A stretch of DNA of 64,000 nucleotides from NCBI GenBank assembly GCA_028534125.1, contig CM052816.1, forward strand, positions 58,468,001-58,532,000, written 5' to 3'. This DNA is from Lama glama (Eukaryota). This document shows, piece by piece, positions 1 to 12,627 of the stretch. The position numbers and the translations under genes are program-made. The notes beneath the pieces were generated by a model. That model ran no database searches, had not been told where the DNA came from, and was given only the letters and a program-made list of their open reading frames with translations. Numbering within the stretch: the first letter of the stretch is position 1; the number at the start of each line of letters is the position of its first letter.

Positions 1-837
1 CCAGAACCACCACCACTTAAAGACAGGGATGACAGCCTAAAGCAGCCTTTCTCAATCGAAGTTCTAGCATGAGAATTAAGCCCTAATGCCCTAAGGCATC
101 TACTCCATGTAATAAATTACCTTCTTTTCCTATGCACCTACAGTGGGACTAATATGACCATCCTTGGAGAAATTAGAAAACAGTAACTGAAATTATTTTC
201 TATAGTTCAGATGAGAAACCTAGAGTAAAGATCAATCTTAATAAAGAGTAAAACTAAGCCTTGACACGAATAAGGAGAGTTGACAATATATCAGCTGCCT
301 TCTAGAACTAAACTCAACCCTCTTTAAGGGAAAAACAAGCAAGCAAACATAATCTAGATATTGTGCAACATATCAGCCACAATGTCCAGCATGCAATAAA
401 AAAAAAAAAAAACACCACCACAAGACATGAGAAAAGGTAGGAAAATGAGACACACAATCAGGGAAATGAAATAAAAAATATAATATCAGAAATGTAACAA
501 TCACTGAACGGGCTTAACAGCAGACTGAAGATAGCAGAAGACAGGGTAGTGAACTTGTAAACACGGTAACAGAAACTAACCAAATTGAAACGAAGAAAAA
601 AGACTTGAGGGAGAAGAAAGACAGAGCTTTAATAATATTTAGTACAATGTCATGCAGACTGACACATGTAAGTGAGGCACCAGAAGTAGAGAACAAAGCA
701 GACAAAAAATATTTTAAAAACCCTTAAGCAAATCATAAACATACTGCTGAACACCAAAGTTAAAAAGAAAAATCTTGAAAACAGTCACAGAAAAACAATT
801 TCACCAAATATGTGACTACATATTAAAGACTACAGTT

Positions 838-947
838 ACAGTTGACTCTTGAACAACATGAGTTTGAACTGTGTGGTTCCACTTACGCATAGGTTTTTTT
901 CAATAATAAATACTATAGTACTACACAATCCGAGGTTGGTTGAATCT
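838..947. mobile_element. Tigger2-family fragment
   Basis: TA-CAGTTGACTCTTGAACAACATGAGTTTGAACTG terminus. Confidence 0.7.
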
Positions 948-1040
948 GTTTTAGAAGTGGGTAGATATAAACCAGAAAATGTAATACTGAGGGTTAAAGA
1001 GATTATACTCAATTTAGAATTGAGAAATATTACATTACTT

Positions 1041-1175
1041 TTGGAGGGGGTGTAATTAGATAGATTTATTTACTTACCTACTTACTTATTTATTTATAAG
1101 AGGTACTAGGGATTGAAACCAGGACCTTGTGCATGCTAAGCACACACTCTACCACTGAGCTATACCCTCCCCTCC
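1041..1175 (-). mobile_element. tRNA-Ala-derived SINE (camelid Vic-1-like)
   Basis: Reverse complement of GGGTATAGCTCAGTGGTAGAG...GCTTAGCATGCAC...GGTCCTGGT; imperfect TSD ttacattactt/ttacactactt. Confidence 0.88.
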
Positions 1176-1317
1176 TTACACTACTTTATGAGCTGTAAAG
1201 GATAGTTGTACCAAAAACACAGTAGTGGAAAAGGATGGAATGAGATTTCAATCAAAGGTTAAAAAGTAATACATTTTGGTCTCTTTTCAGTTAACAAATG
1301 TGATGGGTTTACTTTAC

Positions 1318-1412
1318 CTTAATTTCTATCCTGGCTCTATGAGGAAAAAGTTGTCCGATCATAGAAAAGTCAGTTCCCACCATGCTGATGGCTAAAAAAA
1401 ACATATCTGTTT
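1318..1412 (-). CDS. BDP1: BDP1 coding exon 7, 95 nt (SANT domain); gene continues beyond the window start
   Basis: ETDMFFLAISMVGTDFSMIGQLFPHRARIEIK; ttttaCAG acceptor, AAG|GTAAAG donor. Confidence 0.95.
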
Positions 1413-1528
1413 CTGTAAAAATAAACATTCAGAAAGATTGAGAATTAATCTCCTAAATATTTCAGAGGAAAAAGAAATCTTACATAAGTATATCTTTTGA
1501 GGTAAAAATAAATTTGACAGTTAAGTTT

Positions 1529-1677
1529 TGTTTTTTGTTGTTGTTGTTATTATTTTGGTGGGATGAGGGAATTAGGTTTACTTATTTATTTATTCTTAGA
1601 GGAAGTACTGGGAATTGAACCCAGGATCTCATACATGCTAAGCATGTACTCTACCACTTCAGCTATTTCCTCCCCTC
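1529..1677 (-). mobile_element. tRNA-Ala-derived SINE (Vic-1-like)
   Basis: A/B boxes and tail on minus strand; TSD-like tgacag(tag)ttaagtttt on both flanks. Confidence 0.88.
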
Positions 1678-2573
1678 TGACAGTAGTTAAGTTTTTTACT
1701 AAAGTCCAGTAAACCTTTAGACATAGAAATTTATCTATGTACATGCACACAGACATATTTCAGTTTTCCTGCAAGGAACCTCATGGATATAAAAACATTT
1801 TTTTAAACTTATATACAGAAACATGGCTTAAGAAATTTGAATGTTCATACCAAAGTAGCAGGGATTTTTAAAAAGACATTCTGCCTATTTGGTCTTAAAG
1901 TGCCTTGAAGAAAACTGTCAGTCATGACGAGTATAATATTACTGCTAATGTAAGCAACTAAGACGTGCTAAGCAGTATGTGAAAGAAAGTAGCTAGAAAA
2001 CACATAAGAAACTGCTAACAGAAGTAACCTCAAGAGAACAGGACTGGGGAAGTCAGAGAAGGGAATCTTCGTTTTTGTTCTACATTATTCTGTTGTGTTT
2101 AAATTTTTCCTTAAAACAAACTATATTATTTTTATAATAAAAAATAAGCAGTAAGCAACAGCATGCAATAAGTAATATATATTTTTTTAACTGTGTACTT
2201 ACTACCATTAAAAGCTGTATTATACAATACTGAGGTAGAACATTTTTGTGAGCATTAAAAATATTGTTAATTTTTCATTAAAATACTTATTGTACAAAGA
2301 TTACAAACATGTAAAGTACCTGTTGTACAGAGATTTGACAGAGAGGAATATTTCAGCTAAAATGACCATAATGCTAACTCCTAAAAAGACTTCTAAGATA
2401 AAGTCAGACGTGTGGTAGAGGGGATGGGAAAGGTGCCCAAAAAATTAGCTAGAGAGAAACAACACGGCAGTTTGCTAGGGTTTTTTTTAACCTGATTTAA
2501 TTCAGAAACAGAGAAAATAATTTATTTCATTTCAAATAAATAATACACAAAATTTAAAATGAAAAGTAGTTAC

Positions 2574-2707
2574 CTTTATTTGACCACGGTTTAGAGTAGT
2601 AATTTTTCCTAAAACTGGAATATGTAGTTGTAGAACCACGCTCAAATATGGGGTCATTTTCCTCAACAACACAGGGGCCTTTTGTCCTTAAAACTTCTAC
2701 AGTTAAA
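2574..2707 (-). CDS. BDP1: BDP1 coding exon 6, 134 nt
   Basis: LTVEVLRTKGPCVVEENDPIFERGSTTTYSSFRKNYYSKPWSNK, leading into the SANT/Myb-like domain; tttCAG acceptor, AAG|GTAACT donor. Confidence 0.95.
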
Positions 2708-3497
2708 CTGAAAGAAACATATTTTTAAACAGATCTACACTAAAAACAAGCAAGGAAACAAACAGTAAATGAGATTTTAGTAGTTATATTTTGAAATTTA
2801 CCATAGCAAAGTCGTATCAAAACCATAATACACATCTGAGGTATGCATATTTTCCAAGAATCTGCTAATTTTCACTTAAACTATGATTTCCATGGAATAA
2901 AAATAAATGCCAACTTTCTTTCCCCCAAAATCCTTAATAGCAATATAAAATTTACGAAATGTCTTTGGGCCAGCCACCTAAAACATTCTTTGTTTTTTAA
3001 CTGATTTCTGCATGTCTCCTATATTTAATATACATTATTTTATCATGCAAAACCCCTGAACACAAAACAGTTAAATAAGCTTTCAACAATTTAATGACCA
3101 GTAAAATCATCATCACAAAATAGTGGAACACAATATGCAAAAACAATTATTATTAATAGTATTAAATTTTTGTTTATCATAAAACTTATATGCTATGATT
3201 TGTAATTAAACTGTCAGACTTTCCACCCTTCCTTTTTATCTCCTTATTAATTTATTTTCTGTTTTAAAATATACTCATTGGAAAGACAACTAAATTTCAC
3301 AATGTCAAATTTGAGAAATTTAATGTTATACTAAGAAATTAAGCCAGAAAGTCAATAAAATCTCACCATTAAAACAATCATAAAATATGTTAAAACTACA
3401 TTTCATTGTATCTTCAATAGTTATCATCACATGCCAGAATACAGTATTAGTTCATAATGTGAAGGTTGAATACCGACATCAAGACTGAGTCAATCTT

Positions 3498-3685
3498 TGG
3501 CGGAGGAGGGTATATAGCTCAGTGGTAGAGTGCCTGCTTAATGTGCCCAAGAGTCCTGGGTTCAATCCCAGTATGTCCACTAAAAAATAAATAAACCTAA
3601 TTACCTCCTCCCACTAAAAAAAAAAAAAAAAAAAAAAAAGAACAGGAAATAATCTCAAAATTCAGGATGCTTATTAAAGAGAAAA
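3498..3685 (+). mobile_element. Vic-1-like SINE with A24 tail and an extra 3' segment
   Basis: TAGCTCAGTGG and GGTTCAATCCC boxes; 17-bp TSD 3481-3497/3686-3702 with one mismatch. Confidence 0.88.
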
Positions 3686-4021
3686 AAGTCTGAGTCAATC
3701 TTGAAAATCTATCCGCAGTGGAGGACAACATGTGATTAGGTCAACAGCTCATTTTAATTACCAATAAAGACAGTAAAACAACAGCAGTAGGTTAGTGGGT
3801 GGCAGATCAGCAGTACCATCTTCTCATATAAAGGACAGCATTATAAAAATTGCAAAAAAATTATAAATGAATCTAACCTATCTATTTACAACACACATTA
3901 TACAAATATAAACATCAGAGTCTAAGTGACAATGACAAATACAGAAACTTAATCTCCCTCAGTAGACAGAGCACATTTGTTCTCATAAAACCACAATCTC
4001 CCTCTCTTTTTTCAAACTTAC

Positions 4022-4150
4022 CTTTCTTCATCCAAAATAATTGAACCATCTTCTGCCACTTTTACTCGAGGAACCAGCAACGGCCCATCATCCATCTCTT
4101 CTTCTACTTCGACATTATCTTCACCATCAGGAGTACTCTTACCTTCCTGC
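4022..4150 (-). CDS. BDP1: BDP1 coding exon 5, 129 nt
   Basis: QEGKSTPDGEDNVEVEEEMDDGPLLVPRVKVAEDGSIILDEE; TAG acceptor, AAG|GTAAGT donor. Confidence 0.94.
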
Positions 4151-5480
4151 CTACCAAATGTAAAGACAGGTTAGTTCATACAAAAATGTTCCCTCAGGAT
4201 CATGGACTTGTAAAATAAATTATTGCAAATTCAACCTACTAGCTATTTCTTACCTTCCCTATAACCTAACTGAAAATTTCTGTGTTGTTAAGGACGTAGT
4301 TATAAGATTTTCTCTAATTTAATCTAGCAGCATTTAGTAAGAGGCTTTACTCTCTCTGAAAATAAAGAGAAATAAATGTTCATCTTTTCTATCTTAGTAA
4401 GGTTATGAGTAAATCATCCAGATATTATGGAATTAACAAAAATAACCCTTATAGTTATACAGCATTAGTTTTCAGATCATTTTATAATCTCTTCAGAATA
4501 ACCCTTAGGGGTTAGTTTTTCATATCCATTTGAGGCTTGGAGAAGATAAATTAGTCTTGCTCTAGATTACACAACAGCAAACATAGATTAAGCAGCCAAA
4601 TACAGTTTTCCAAATATTGACTCCAAATTCCCTACACTTTCCATTCAATTACAGTCTCCTTAAGGTCTTATTTAAGGAAACATAACCTATAAATCTATAA
4701 AAACATAACTTACTTCTAAATCTTGAGAGTTCTACTTTAAAACAATGTGGATTCTAAGCAAAACAGTAATCATTAATGATTGTTACTTGTGACAACCAGA
4801 AATATCAGAAGTGATAAGCAGAAAATTCCAATGTTTCTGCTAATTTTCCACAATTCCCTACTTTGAATTACAAAGCTACAATAACTTCTTAAGAGGTCTC
4901 TTGGAGGGATTTCTTGGGAACAGAATAATATATATAAGTGAAGGTTTGCACACAAAAAGACATTCTCTAATGGGATCAAAACTATACCTCTTGCAGGGCA
5001 GTGTATACAGAATGCTTTAAAAGGGAAAAAAAAGGAATGAAAGAAGAAAGGTAAAAGGGGAAAGGAAAGAAAATGAAAGGGAAAAGAAAAAACGTTTGCT
5101 TGGATAGACATAGACTAGAACTAAAACAATACATTAAAAATTTGGTAACATTTGTTGCCTCCAGGGAGAGGTACTAGACAGAATTGGAAGACTTTTCTCA
5201 GTACACTTTTGTTCCTTTGTATTTTGTATTTATTCTAAAACAAAACTCTTTCATTCTAAAAGCTTTAACTTAAAATCATAATACTGACTTACATATGTAA
5301 GACACAAATAGTGTGGGGCTTTCATACTGACTCAAATCAGGCAGTAACTTCCATTCTTGTCATGATTCTATTTAAAAATTCTATCACATGTAATCTAACT
5401 AAAACAGGAAGCATCATTTGATTCCATTAAAAAAAAATGTACCCGTAACAGAATATATTCAAAACAGATGAGATGCTTAC

Positions 5481-5540
5481 TCTCTGGTCTGGACTGGTGT
5501 CAATGATTTTTCAGTTTTCTTTTCTTGCTCCAGTGAAGAA
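5481..5540 (-). CDS. BDP1: BDP1 coding exon 4, 60 nt
   Basis: SSLEQEKKTEKSLTPVQTR; AG acceptor and GTAAGC donor; in phase. Confidence 0.92.
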
Positions 5541-6019
5541 CTATTAAACACAAGTAACAAAATACTTCTTAATAAATAAGTCATCTACATTTTGTCAATT
5601 TTATCTCAGACAATTCTATCTGATGCAAGCAGCAAATAGTTTTAATTTGTAATTTTTTTTTTATAACATACTACTACTATTAATGATGTTGGGTCCAACA
5701 GTCAATTTTTCATTTAAAAACTTTGGTCATCATTAATAATTTGTTAGGCCCTAAGTAGAGAACACTCTTACTCTCTAATCCCAAGGCATGAAGCAACCTA
5801 GGGGGCCTGTTTCCAACTCCTAGATGTCAAACAACTCAAAACCTAAGTTTCTGGTCCTTCCCTCAACTAGGCCAAAGATCTGGTACACCTGATAAAGGCT
5901 ACCTTGAAAATATGTCACTACTCCTACATTCACTTGCTAAACCACCAACAACACAACAATGAGGAGATTTATTATAAACTCTCTGCCTCCCCAGGCTAAG
6001 TCTGATTAAAGAAACTTGA

Positions 6020-6104
6020 GAGTAGGGGTATAGCTCATTGATAGAGTGTGTACTTAGCACCACAAGGTCCTGGGTTCAATCCCCAGTACCTCTGTAAAAA
6101 AAAA
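6020..6104 (+). mobile_element. Short tRNA-Ala-derived SINE
   Basis: GGGGTATAGCTCATTGATAGAG...GGTCCTGGGTTCAATCCCCAGTACC + A tail. Confidence 0.8.
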
Positions 6105-6403
6105 TTTTTTAGAGGATTTGTTATTCAAATGCCACCGTATTTAATTAAGAGGTAGGGTATAAAAATTAAATCATCCCTTTAGATCATAATATAGCATGTA
6201 AGAAATAAAAATTGCCATCTTGATTTTTAATCTTATTTTTAATCTCAGAGGTAAAGGGCATCACTTACCATCCCAAGAAAGTAGTTACTTGAAACAGCCC
6301 TAATTTTTAAAAGGACATCACATGAGCTGTAACTGCACTCTAAAAGTGATACTTAAGTCACTACATACTCAAAGAAAGTAAAATAGAAATAAAGTTTACT
6401 TAC

Positions 6404-6513
6404 GTCATTGGATTGTTATCTGGCAAGTAATATATGAAGTCTCTCATAGTCATTTTTGAACGATCTGGTGGCCCCTGACTTTCATTTATGGCGTATTTGT
6501 TTTTCCACTGCTT
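6404..6513 (-). CDS. BDP1: BDP1 coding exon 3, 110 nt
   Basis: KQWKNKYAINESQGPPDRSKMTMRDFIYYLPDNNPM; acceptor TAG, donor |GTAAGT. Confidence 0.94.
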
Positions 6514-7427
6514 CTAGATACACAAGCACACACAGATACATTTAAATTTTATAACTATAGAAGAATTTTAGATGTATATATTTAAGTATACAGCCCACTG
6601 TTGCATTCATTGCAAGTGCTTGAAAATTATTCCTACTACACTTTTGTCTAATTTTAGGAAAAATTTTATATACTGAATATTTAAAAATTATAGCACATTA
6701 ATGAATTTTAAAAACTAAAATGACTGAGACTGCCTAAAAGCTCAATGTATAAAATCAAGCTTGCTGATACTAACTACAATAATTCAGTGAGAATTTATAC
6801 GTACATAGTTTTTATTTGCCCTGTAGTGAACTGGAATTCCATGTATTTAATTAAATTCTTGAAGCAAATGTTTAATTTTTAATTCCCAAAAATAAATCTA
6901 ATTAAGCAGATTATATAGAACACTTTTAGAGGCAGATTTTAGGGGCTATGGATTCAAATCCCATATCCTCAACTGCTGTTTGACACAAAGCAAATAACCT
7001 CTCTGAGCTTATTTCCTCCTGTGTAAAATAGTGATATCCACTTCACACAGTTCAGATATTTAAATAAGATAATTAATATAAAGCACCAAGTGCCCTCTTC
7101 TTAATTAAAAAAGGGGGCATTTTATAATTAATAAGAGCTGACATGTGTTGAGTTCTTATTATTTGCTATACACTAACCTAAATACACTTTACACAAATGA
7201 ACTCACTCTTCACAATCTTCCAATGAAGTGAATGCTATCATCAGTCTATTTTAGAGACGAGGGAATAGACATAGATGATTAACTAAATTGTTCAAAGTCA
7301 CATAGTAAGAGATGAATCTAGGATCCCTTAGTCTAAGATAAAGTATCAAATTCCAGAGCTTGCATGTTTAACTACTGCTACAATACCCTCTTCAGAAAAA
7401 CAATCTTCAAGATTAAAAAGAATGTAG

Positions 7428-7548
7428 TGTGGAGGGTATAGCTCAACTGGTAGAGCACATGCTTTAGCATGCATGAGGTCCTGGATTCAATCCCTAATAC
7501 CTCCTTTAAGAATAAATAAACCTAATTACCTCCCCACAACGAAAAACT
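7428..7548 (+). mobile_element. Vic-1-like SINE
   Basis: tRNA head + AATAAACCTAATTACCTCCCC tail; TSD aaaaagaatgtag/aaaaagaacatag. Confidence 0.88.
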
Positions 7549-8058
7549 AAAAAGAACATAGACTGCACTGTAAGTATACACACATTTTCCCCATTTATTA
7601 CACTCTATATTGACAATTCAGAAAACATTAGCAATTCATTTTGCACAACTACATTTATGTTAATTCAAATGACTATAACTCATGTCAACAAGATAGCCTC
7701 AAAAAAAATCTGAAGGCTAAGTTTATAAATATGCTTGTATGTGTATCCATCCGTGTGTGTGTGAGCAAGCACATAAGATGTCCCTTTTGTGGCTTCCGTC
7801 AAAAACAATGAAAGACATTGATGAATCAAATGTATAAAAATTAATACTGTGGAAAAAATAAGGTTATCAACTCCACAGTGCTTCTTAATCATTCTGTTAA
7901 CAAAAGGTGATATTCTTACTAACATGAGGAATGTTATTTGGTTTTGTTTCCCTCATCAAAATGCTACAGATGCTTATTTTTCCTCCAAATGATCCCTGAC
8001 TAACATAAAAACAAAAATCTACCAGGCAACAGTCAAAATTCTGAATTTTCTACTGTAC

Positions 8059-8335
8059 CTTCTCTTTTCTCAATTCTTCTTTTAACATTTCTCTCAGTTT
8101 CTGGGCTTTATATATTCGGTATCTGTCTGAGCATGGCTGTTTCTCTTTTGTTGGAACAGGGTTTGGCTGTGGAGCTTCTTGATTAACTGTAGATAAAGGA
8201 TGAGGTTCTGAAGGAACACTGATACCAGGCTTAACCAAACTAGAAGTACTTGATACTCGCTTTCTTCTCTGTGAGACAGTAGAGGAAGATTTACTGGATT
8301 CTTCAACATCATTTCCACCATCAGTCTTTTCATCA
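8059..8335 (-). CDS. BDP1: BDP1 coding exon 2 (277 nt; 280 nt if the upstream CAG is used)
   Basis: Translates to ...DVEESSKSSSTVSQRRKRVSS...KEKQPCSDRYRIYKAQKLREMLKEELRKEK; acceptor tttCAGCAG, donor AAG|GTACAG; phase fits exon 1. Confidence 0.93.
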
Positions 8336-9665
8336 CTGCTGAAATTTTAAAAGGAAAAATAAAAGGACAAGTGGATCTCCTTTTCGATATTCTAGTTTTA
8401 AAAACTAGTCTGGCAAAAGTGGATCGATGACTTGAACAGAGGCTACAATAAAATGTTTGTTTAGTAAATTAAAAAATGGAAATTCTAATGAAGACTGATG
8501 ACCCTTTTCAAACTTTAAATCCTTAAGACATTATATATAGCACATAATTTTATGCTCATGCTAGTTCCTTAAAAAAAAAAAAAAAACCCAGAGGGAAATA
8601 CCCCTAAGTTTCAAAACAAACCTTAATTAGCCTAATTTGAATTACTAGATAACAGGCTTTTTCTTCTGATAGCTTAAAAAAATTTTTTTTATTGACGTAT
8701 AGTTGATTTACAATATTATATTAGTTTTGGGTGTACAGCCCAGTGATTCAGTATTTTTAAAGGTTGAAAGCCATTAAATGAGAGTTGTTTCTTAAAATTA
8801 AGTTTATATTCCACATTGACACCCCCTAAACTGATCTGAATTATTGGCATTATACTTTAATTATCAACTTGGGATCAGTCAAACCAAACATACAAAATTT
8901 TAAATCTCTGAAATACTTGTATTGCAGTATTTGAAGATAATTCATATGGCTGCATTAATCAAACAAAATTCTGTTTGAGGCAGAAGTCACTTAACTTTTG
9001 TCAGATATAACTGTTTATTCACTATCAAAATAAAGTCTTCACTCAAAACAAGTACTCAGTCACTCCAATTACATTTTAGAGATACAGATTGGATATAAAT
9101 ATTTCAGTAATGGCCTCAAGGCAAATGAAGAAGTTATAAGTCAAGAATTAAAAGTAGTCAAATTTTTTCATGTTGTGATAATTTTACATAAAAGTGGAAA
9201 ATGCCTAAATCTACAGAATAACCTTTCCAAAAAGTATCCAATTTAAATTCTTATCTCAGCTCTTATATGTGATACATGTGCTATTTACATTTCACCCAAT
9301 TAATGTGAATGCACAAGGTCAGAATACATACCCTACATTTTTACAATTAACAAAGACCCACCAAAAAAAAAAGATAAACAAATGTCAACTATAAAAAAGC
9401 CATATCCTTAAGCTTAAATGTCTCAAAACTACAGGCTAATTTATTAATATCAATAATCATGGACTCTTATGTAGTTAACAGGATCTCTGTGAACTTTATT
9501 AACAGTAACTGGTATTTGAATCTCCACTGTTGGGAGAAATTTTGAAACAAATTCATGTAACAAACTTAGAAATCACCAAGCATCACTAAGCTATCAAAAT
9601 ACTACTCTAAACCCAGCACTAGTTGAGCCCAACAGGAGAAGTTAAACTAAAAAATAAAGGAATAA

Positions 9666-9800
9666 GGGGGAGAGGGTATAGCTCAAGGGGTAGAGCGCAA
9701 GCTCAGCATGAAGAAGACCCTGAGTTCAATCCCCAGCACCTCAATTAAAAATAAATAAATAAACCTAATTACCTCCCCACCCAAAAAACAAACAAAAACA
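9666..9800 (+). mobile_element. Vic-1-like SINE
   Basis: tRNA head + diagnostic tail. Confidence 0.85.
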
Positions 9801-10499
9801 GAAAGGGATAAAATCCTGTCACAGTGTATGAAGAATTTATGCCATCTCACTGTCATTTAATAGGGTTGGTTTTTCACTGGTTTCCTACATTTATAGTATA
9901 AAAACAGAAGTCATTATTAGCTTAACATGTCTTAACTTTCATTACTTTGCTCCATAACCTTTAAACATAAAGGTAATTATTCTGCCCTGTCCTGTACAAG
10001 GAGGTTTATATCAGTTATCTCTAACCTTCACAGTAACTCTCCGAAGTAGGTAATATTATCCTCATTTTGCAGATGAGTAAACTCTGCCTGGGCAAAGCCC
10101 ATAATTGTTAAATTAAGCAAGAGAATCCTGAATCCAAATGTGGAACATGACACATGCTTTTCGGTTCAGAAAACATGGTCACCATACTTAAAGGGGCAAA
10201 CTCTCAAGTCAAAATAAGTAACCAGACCTCCTTTCCATTGACATAACTCAGCAGAATCCAAGTAACACTGCTCTTCTTTTAAAATTAAACGTTTTTAAGA
10301 TAAAAAAAAACTACTTACCCTCCAAAGTACTCCAAAAGAATGAAAACTGCGGTAATCAAAATTGTCTAATGAATAGTACCACGTGTGGATATTCTTCACT
10401 TTCTGACTGTTATACCTGGATTCCTCCCACTACCGCTTGAAGACCCCCTCCCCGAGAATCTACACACTGTAACACATCCACACTTGTCACAACCTGTGG

Positions 10500-11250
10500 T
10501 CAGCGAGACCAACTGTAGTTTGCAACGTGTTCCTCGGCCTCAACTGTCAGGCTTAGTGCAAGCGAGGGAGTACTTCCACGAAAAAGTTCATTTGCTCAGC
10601 TTCCAGGTGACATGCCGGGAGAGGCGGGACAGATGAAAATGCTCCCCTCTGCAAACACTTACCTGCTCTTGGGAGTCTTTTCTTGGGGCTCCGCTTCCCC
10701 GAAACCCACTGGGGGCCCATCTGAGGACTCCGCTGGCTTCGGGGCAGAGGCCGCTGTAGGCTCTGGCGGCCTGGGAGCCTCCTGTTCACGCTGGGGATTG
10801 GAGGCGGTGGAGCCTCTGGCGCCAGCTCCAGGCCTGACATTCGGCTTCACGCTTAGGCGTGCCCTGCGGAACATGGCGGAGCCAGGGGGCCCGGGGAGGC
10901 GGCCCCACGGCCGCTTTCAGCCCCGAGCCCCGGCCGCTGCCTGGAGAGGGGTTTAGGAACTACGCCCTTTCCACAAAGCCCACACCACCAGCCCAGCCGG
11001 CAGCTACCGCAGTTTCACGCCCCCGCCACCACCACCTGCGTCGTCCCGCCGCCGCCTCTTCTTCATGACCCTGCTACAGTAATAGCTAAGCTTCTCGCTA
11101 TACCTTGCTCCCCCGCCGTCAGAGGGCGCCGGAACTGGTTGCGTCATCCTCCAGCGCCACGGAATGACGTAAGACGCACAGCGCCCGGAGCCATGGTAAC
11201 TGTAAGCCACGGAGCCTGGGTTACCTGGGAACCGGAAATTGAGATGCAAG
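10500..11250. promoter_or_regulatory. BDP1: BDP1 CpG island/promoter
   Basis: GC/CpG-rich. Motif matches read by eye: CTCF-like CCGTCAGAGGGCGC 11116-11129, CRE-like TTGCGTCA 11139-11146 and TGACGTAA 11165-11172, RFX X-box-like GTTACCTGGGAAC 11220-11232, ETS CCGGAAAT 11232-11239. Confidence 0.8.
10663..10874 (-). CDS. BDP1: BDP1 (TFIIIB B'' subunit) coding exon 1, 212 nt
   Basis: MFRRARLSVKPNVRPG... is the BDP1 N-terminus; GCCATG context; donor CAG|GTAAGT at 10663/10662; lies in a CpG island. Confidence 0.96.
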
Positions 11251-12494
11251 GCTGTGTGTTTTCCCTCTCCAGGGGTCCCTAGAAGTTATTCAAAAAAGGA
11301 GATAGTCCATTTGCCCAAACTTTTACGAGAACTATTAAAATCGCTTTTGTTTTTAGAGGGTCCTGTAGAGCAGTGCCTGTTTATCAGCACATCCCCAAGA
11401 CTTACTTAAAAATTCTAAATTGAGTAGAACATAGATTTGAAATTCAGATGTGAAGAAACTGATAATAGTTAACTTCTAAAAGGGGAACTGGGCTTCTGGT
11501 AAATATGTCTTAGGAAGAGGAACATTTACTGTATATCCTTGTGTACTTTTTAATGTGAATGTAATACCTGTTCAAAAATTATTGTAGTTAAAATTTTGTG
11601 AATTAATTTGAGCATTCTTAATCTGCTTCAGGAGGGAGCAATAGAGCAATAAACAAGGCATTCTGGGTGGGCGAGGAAAAATTCAACAAATGAATTTAAT
11701 AATTTAAGAATTATTAAATGCCATGAAAGAAATGTAAAGGATAATATAACAGAGATTAATGGGAGGCTGGTTTACTTTATGCAGGATAATTAGGTAAGGC
11801 CTCTATGATGAGAGGGAAAATGTCCAGAGATGCAGTTGGCTCTACAGATTATGAGCAAGTGTTTGAACCGGCAATACACGTCCCCTGACTCATGGAAAAC
11901 AAAGGCCTGACTTCTTCTTGAAAGGGGAAGAAAATTCTACAAGAACATCCTGCTATATTAATAACAAAATGTCAAAGGAATAAAACACTGAATTGATTGA
12001 AGAGATTGCTAGGTCATCCAGAAGGAGAAAGAAGAGGAATAGGTATTTTTGAGAGTAGGAAAGCAAGGCTGAAAGCACAGAGGAGAGAAGAGATTCTGTT
12101 AAAACTGGGAAGGAAATAGAGGTCTGTGGGCTCCTAGTACTATGGAGAAGCAACAGGACCTCAAAACAAATCTAAAGAAGCTTAAGAACTTGACAAAAAT
12201 AACCCCTGCTGAAACTATCTCAGAAAACTTGGAGCTACTGCCAGAACCCTGTATCTCTGGACAGCATATTCTGGTATAGACTGAAGACACAAGGCCTTTC
12301 CCAAAATGTTTTGTTCCACCTATGAGTCTATGGTGTTCCCACAATTTTGCAGGTAAAGAAGTAAATAATGACTAAGATTTAATTTCCTATTAGTAAAGGG
12401 ATGAGAACAGAATCAGATTTAATTTTATTATTAAATATAAAATCATGAGATTTTTTTACACACTCAAGTTTTTAAAGTCTTGATGGTATCATAA

Positions 12495-12627
12495 TTTTTT
12501 AAAATTGTTTCTTATGGGGGGAGGTAATTAGATTTGTTTATTCACTTTTAGAGGAGGTACTGTAGATTGAACCCAGGGCCTCATGCATGCTAAGCATGTG
12601 CTCTACCTCTTGAGCTATACCCTCCCC
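12495..12627 (-). mobile_element. Vic-1-like SINE
   Basis: Reverse-complement head and tail; TSD-like tgg(t/c)atcata. Confidence 0.85.

Noticed and set aside
10385..11249. Several overlapping ORFs around BDP1 exon 1
   Set aside because: CpG-island stop-codon depletion; only 10663-10874 matches BDP1
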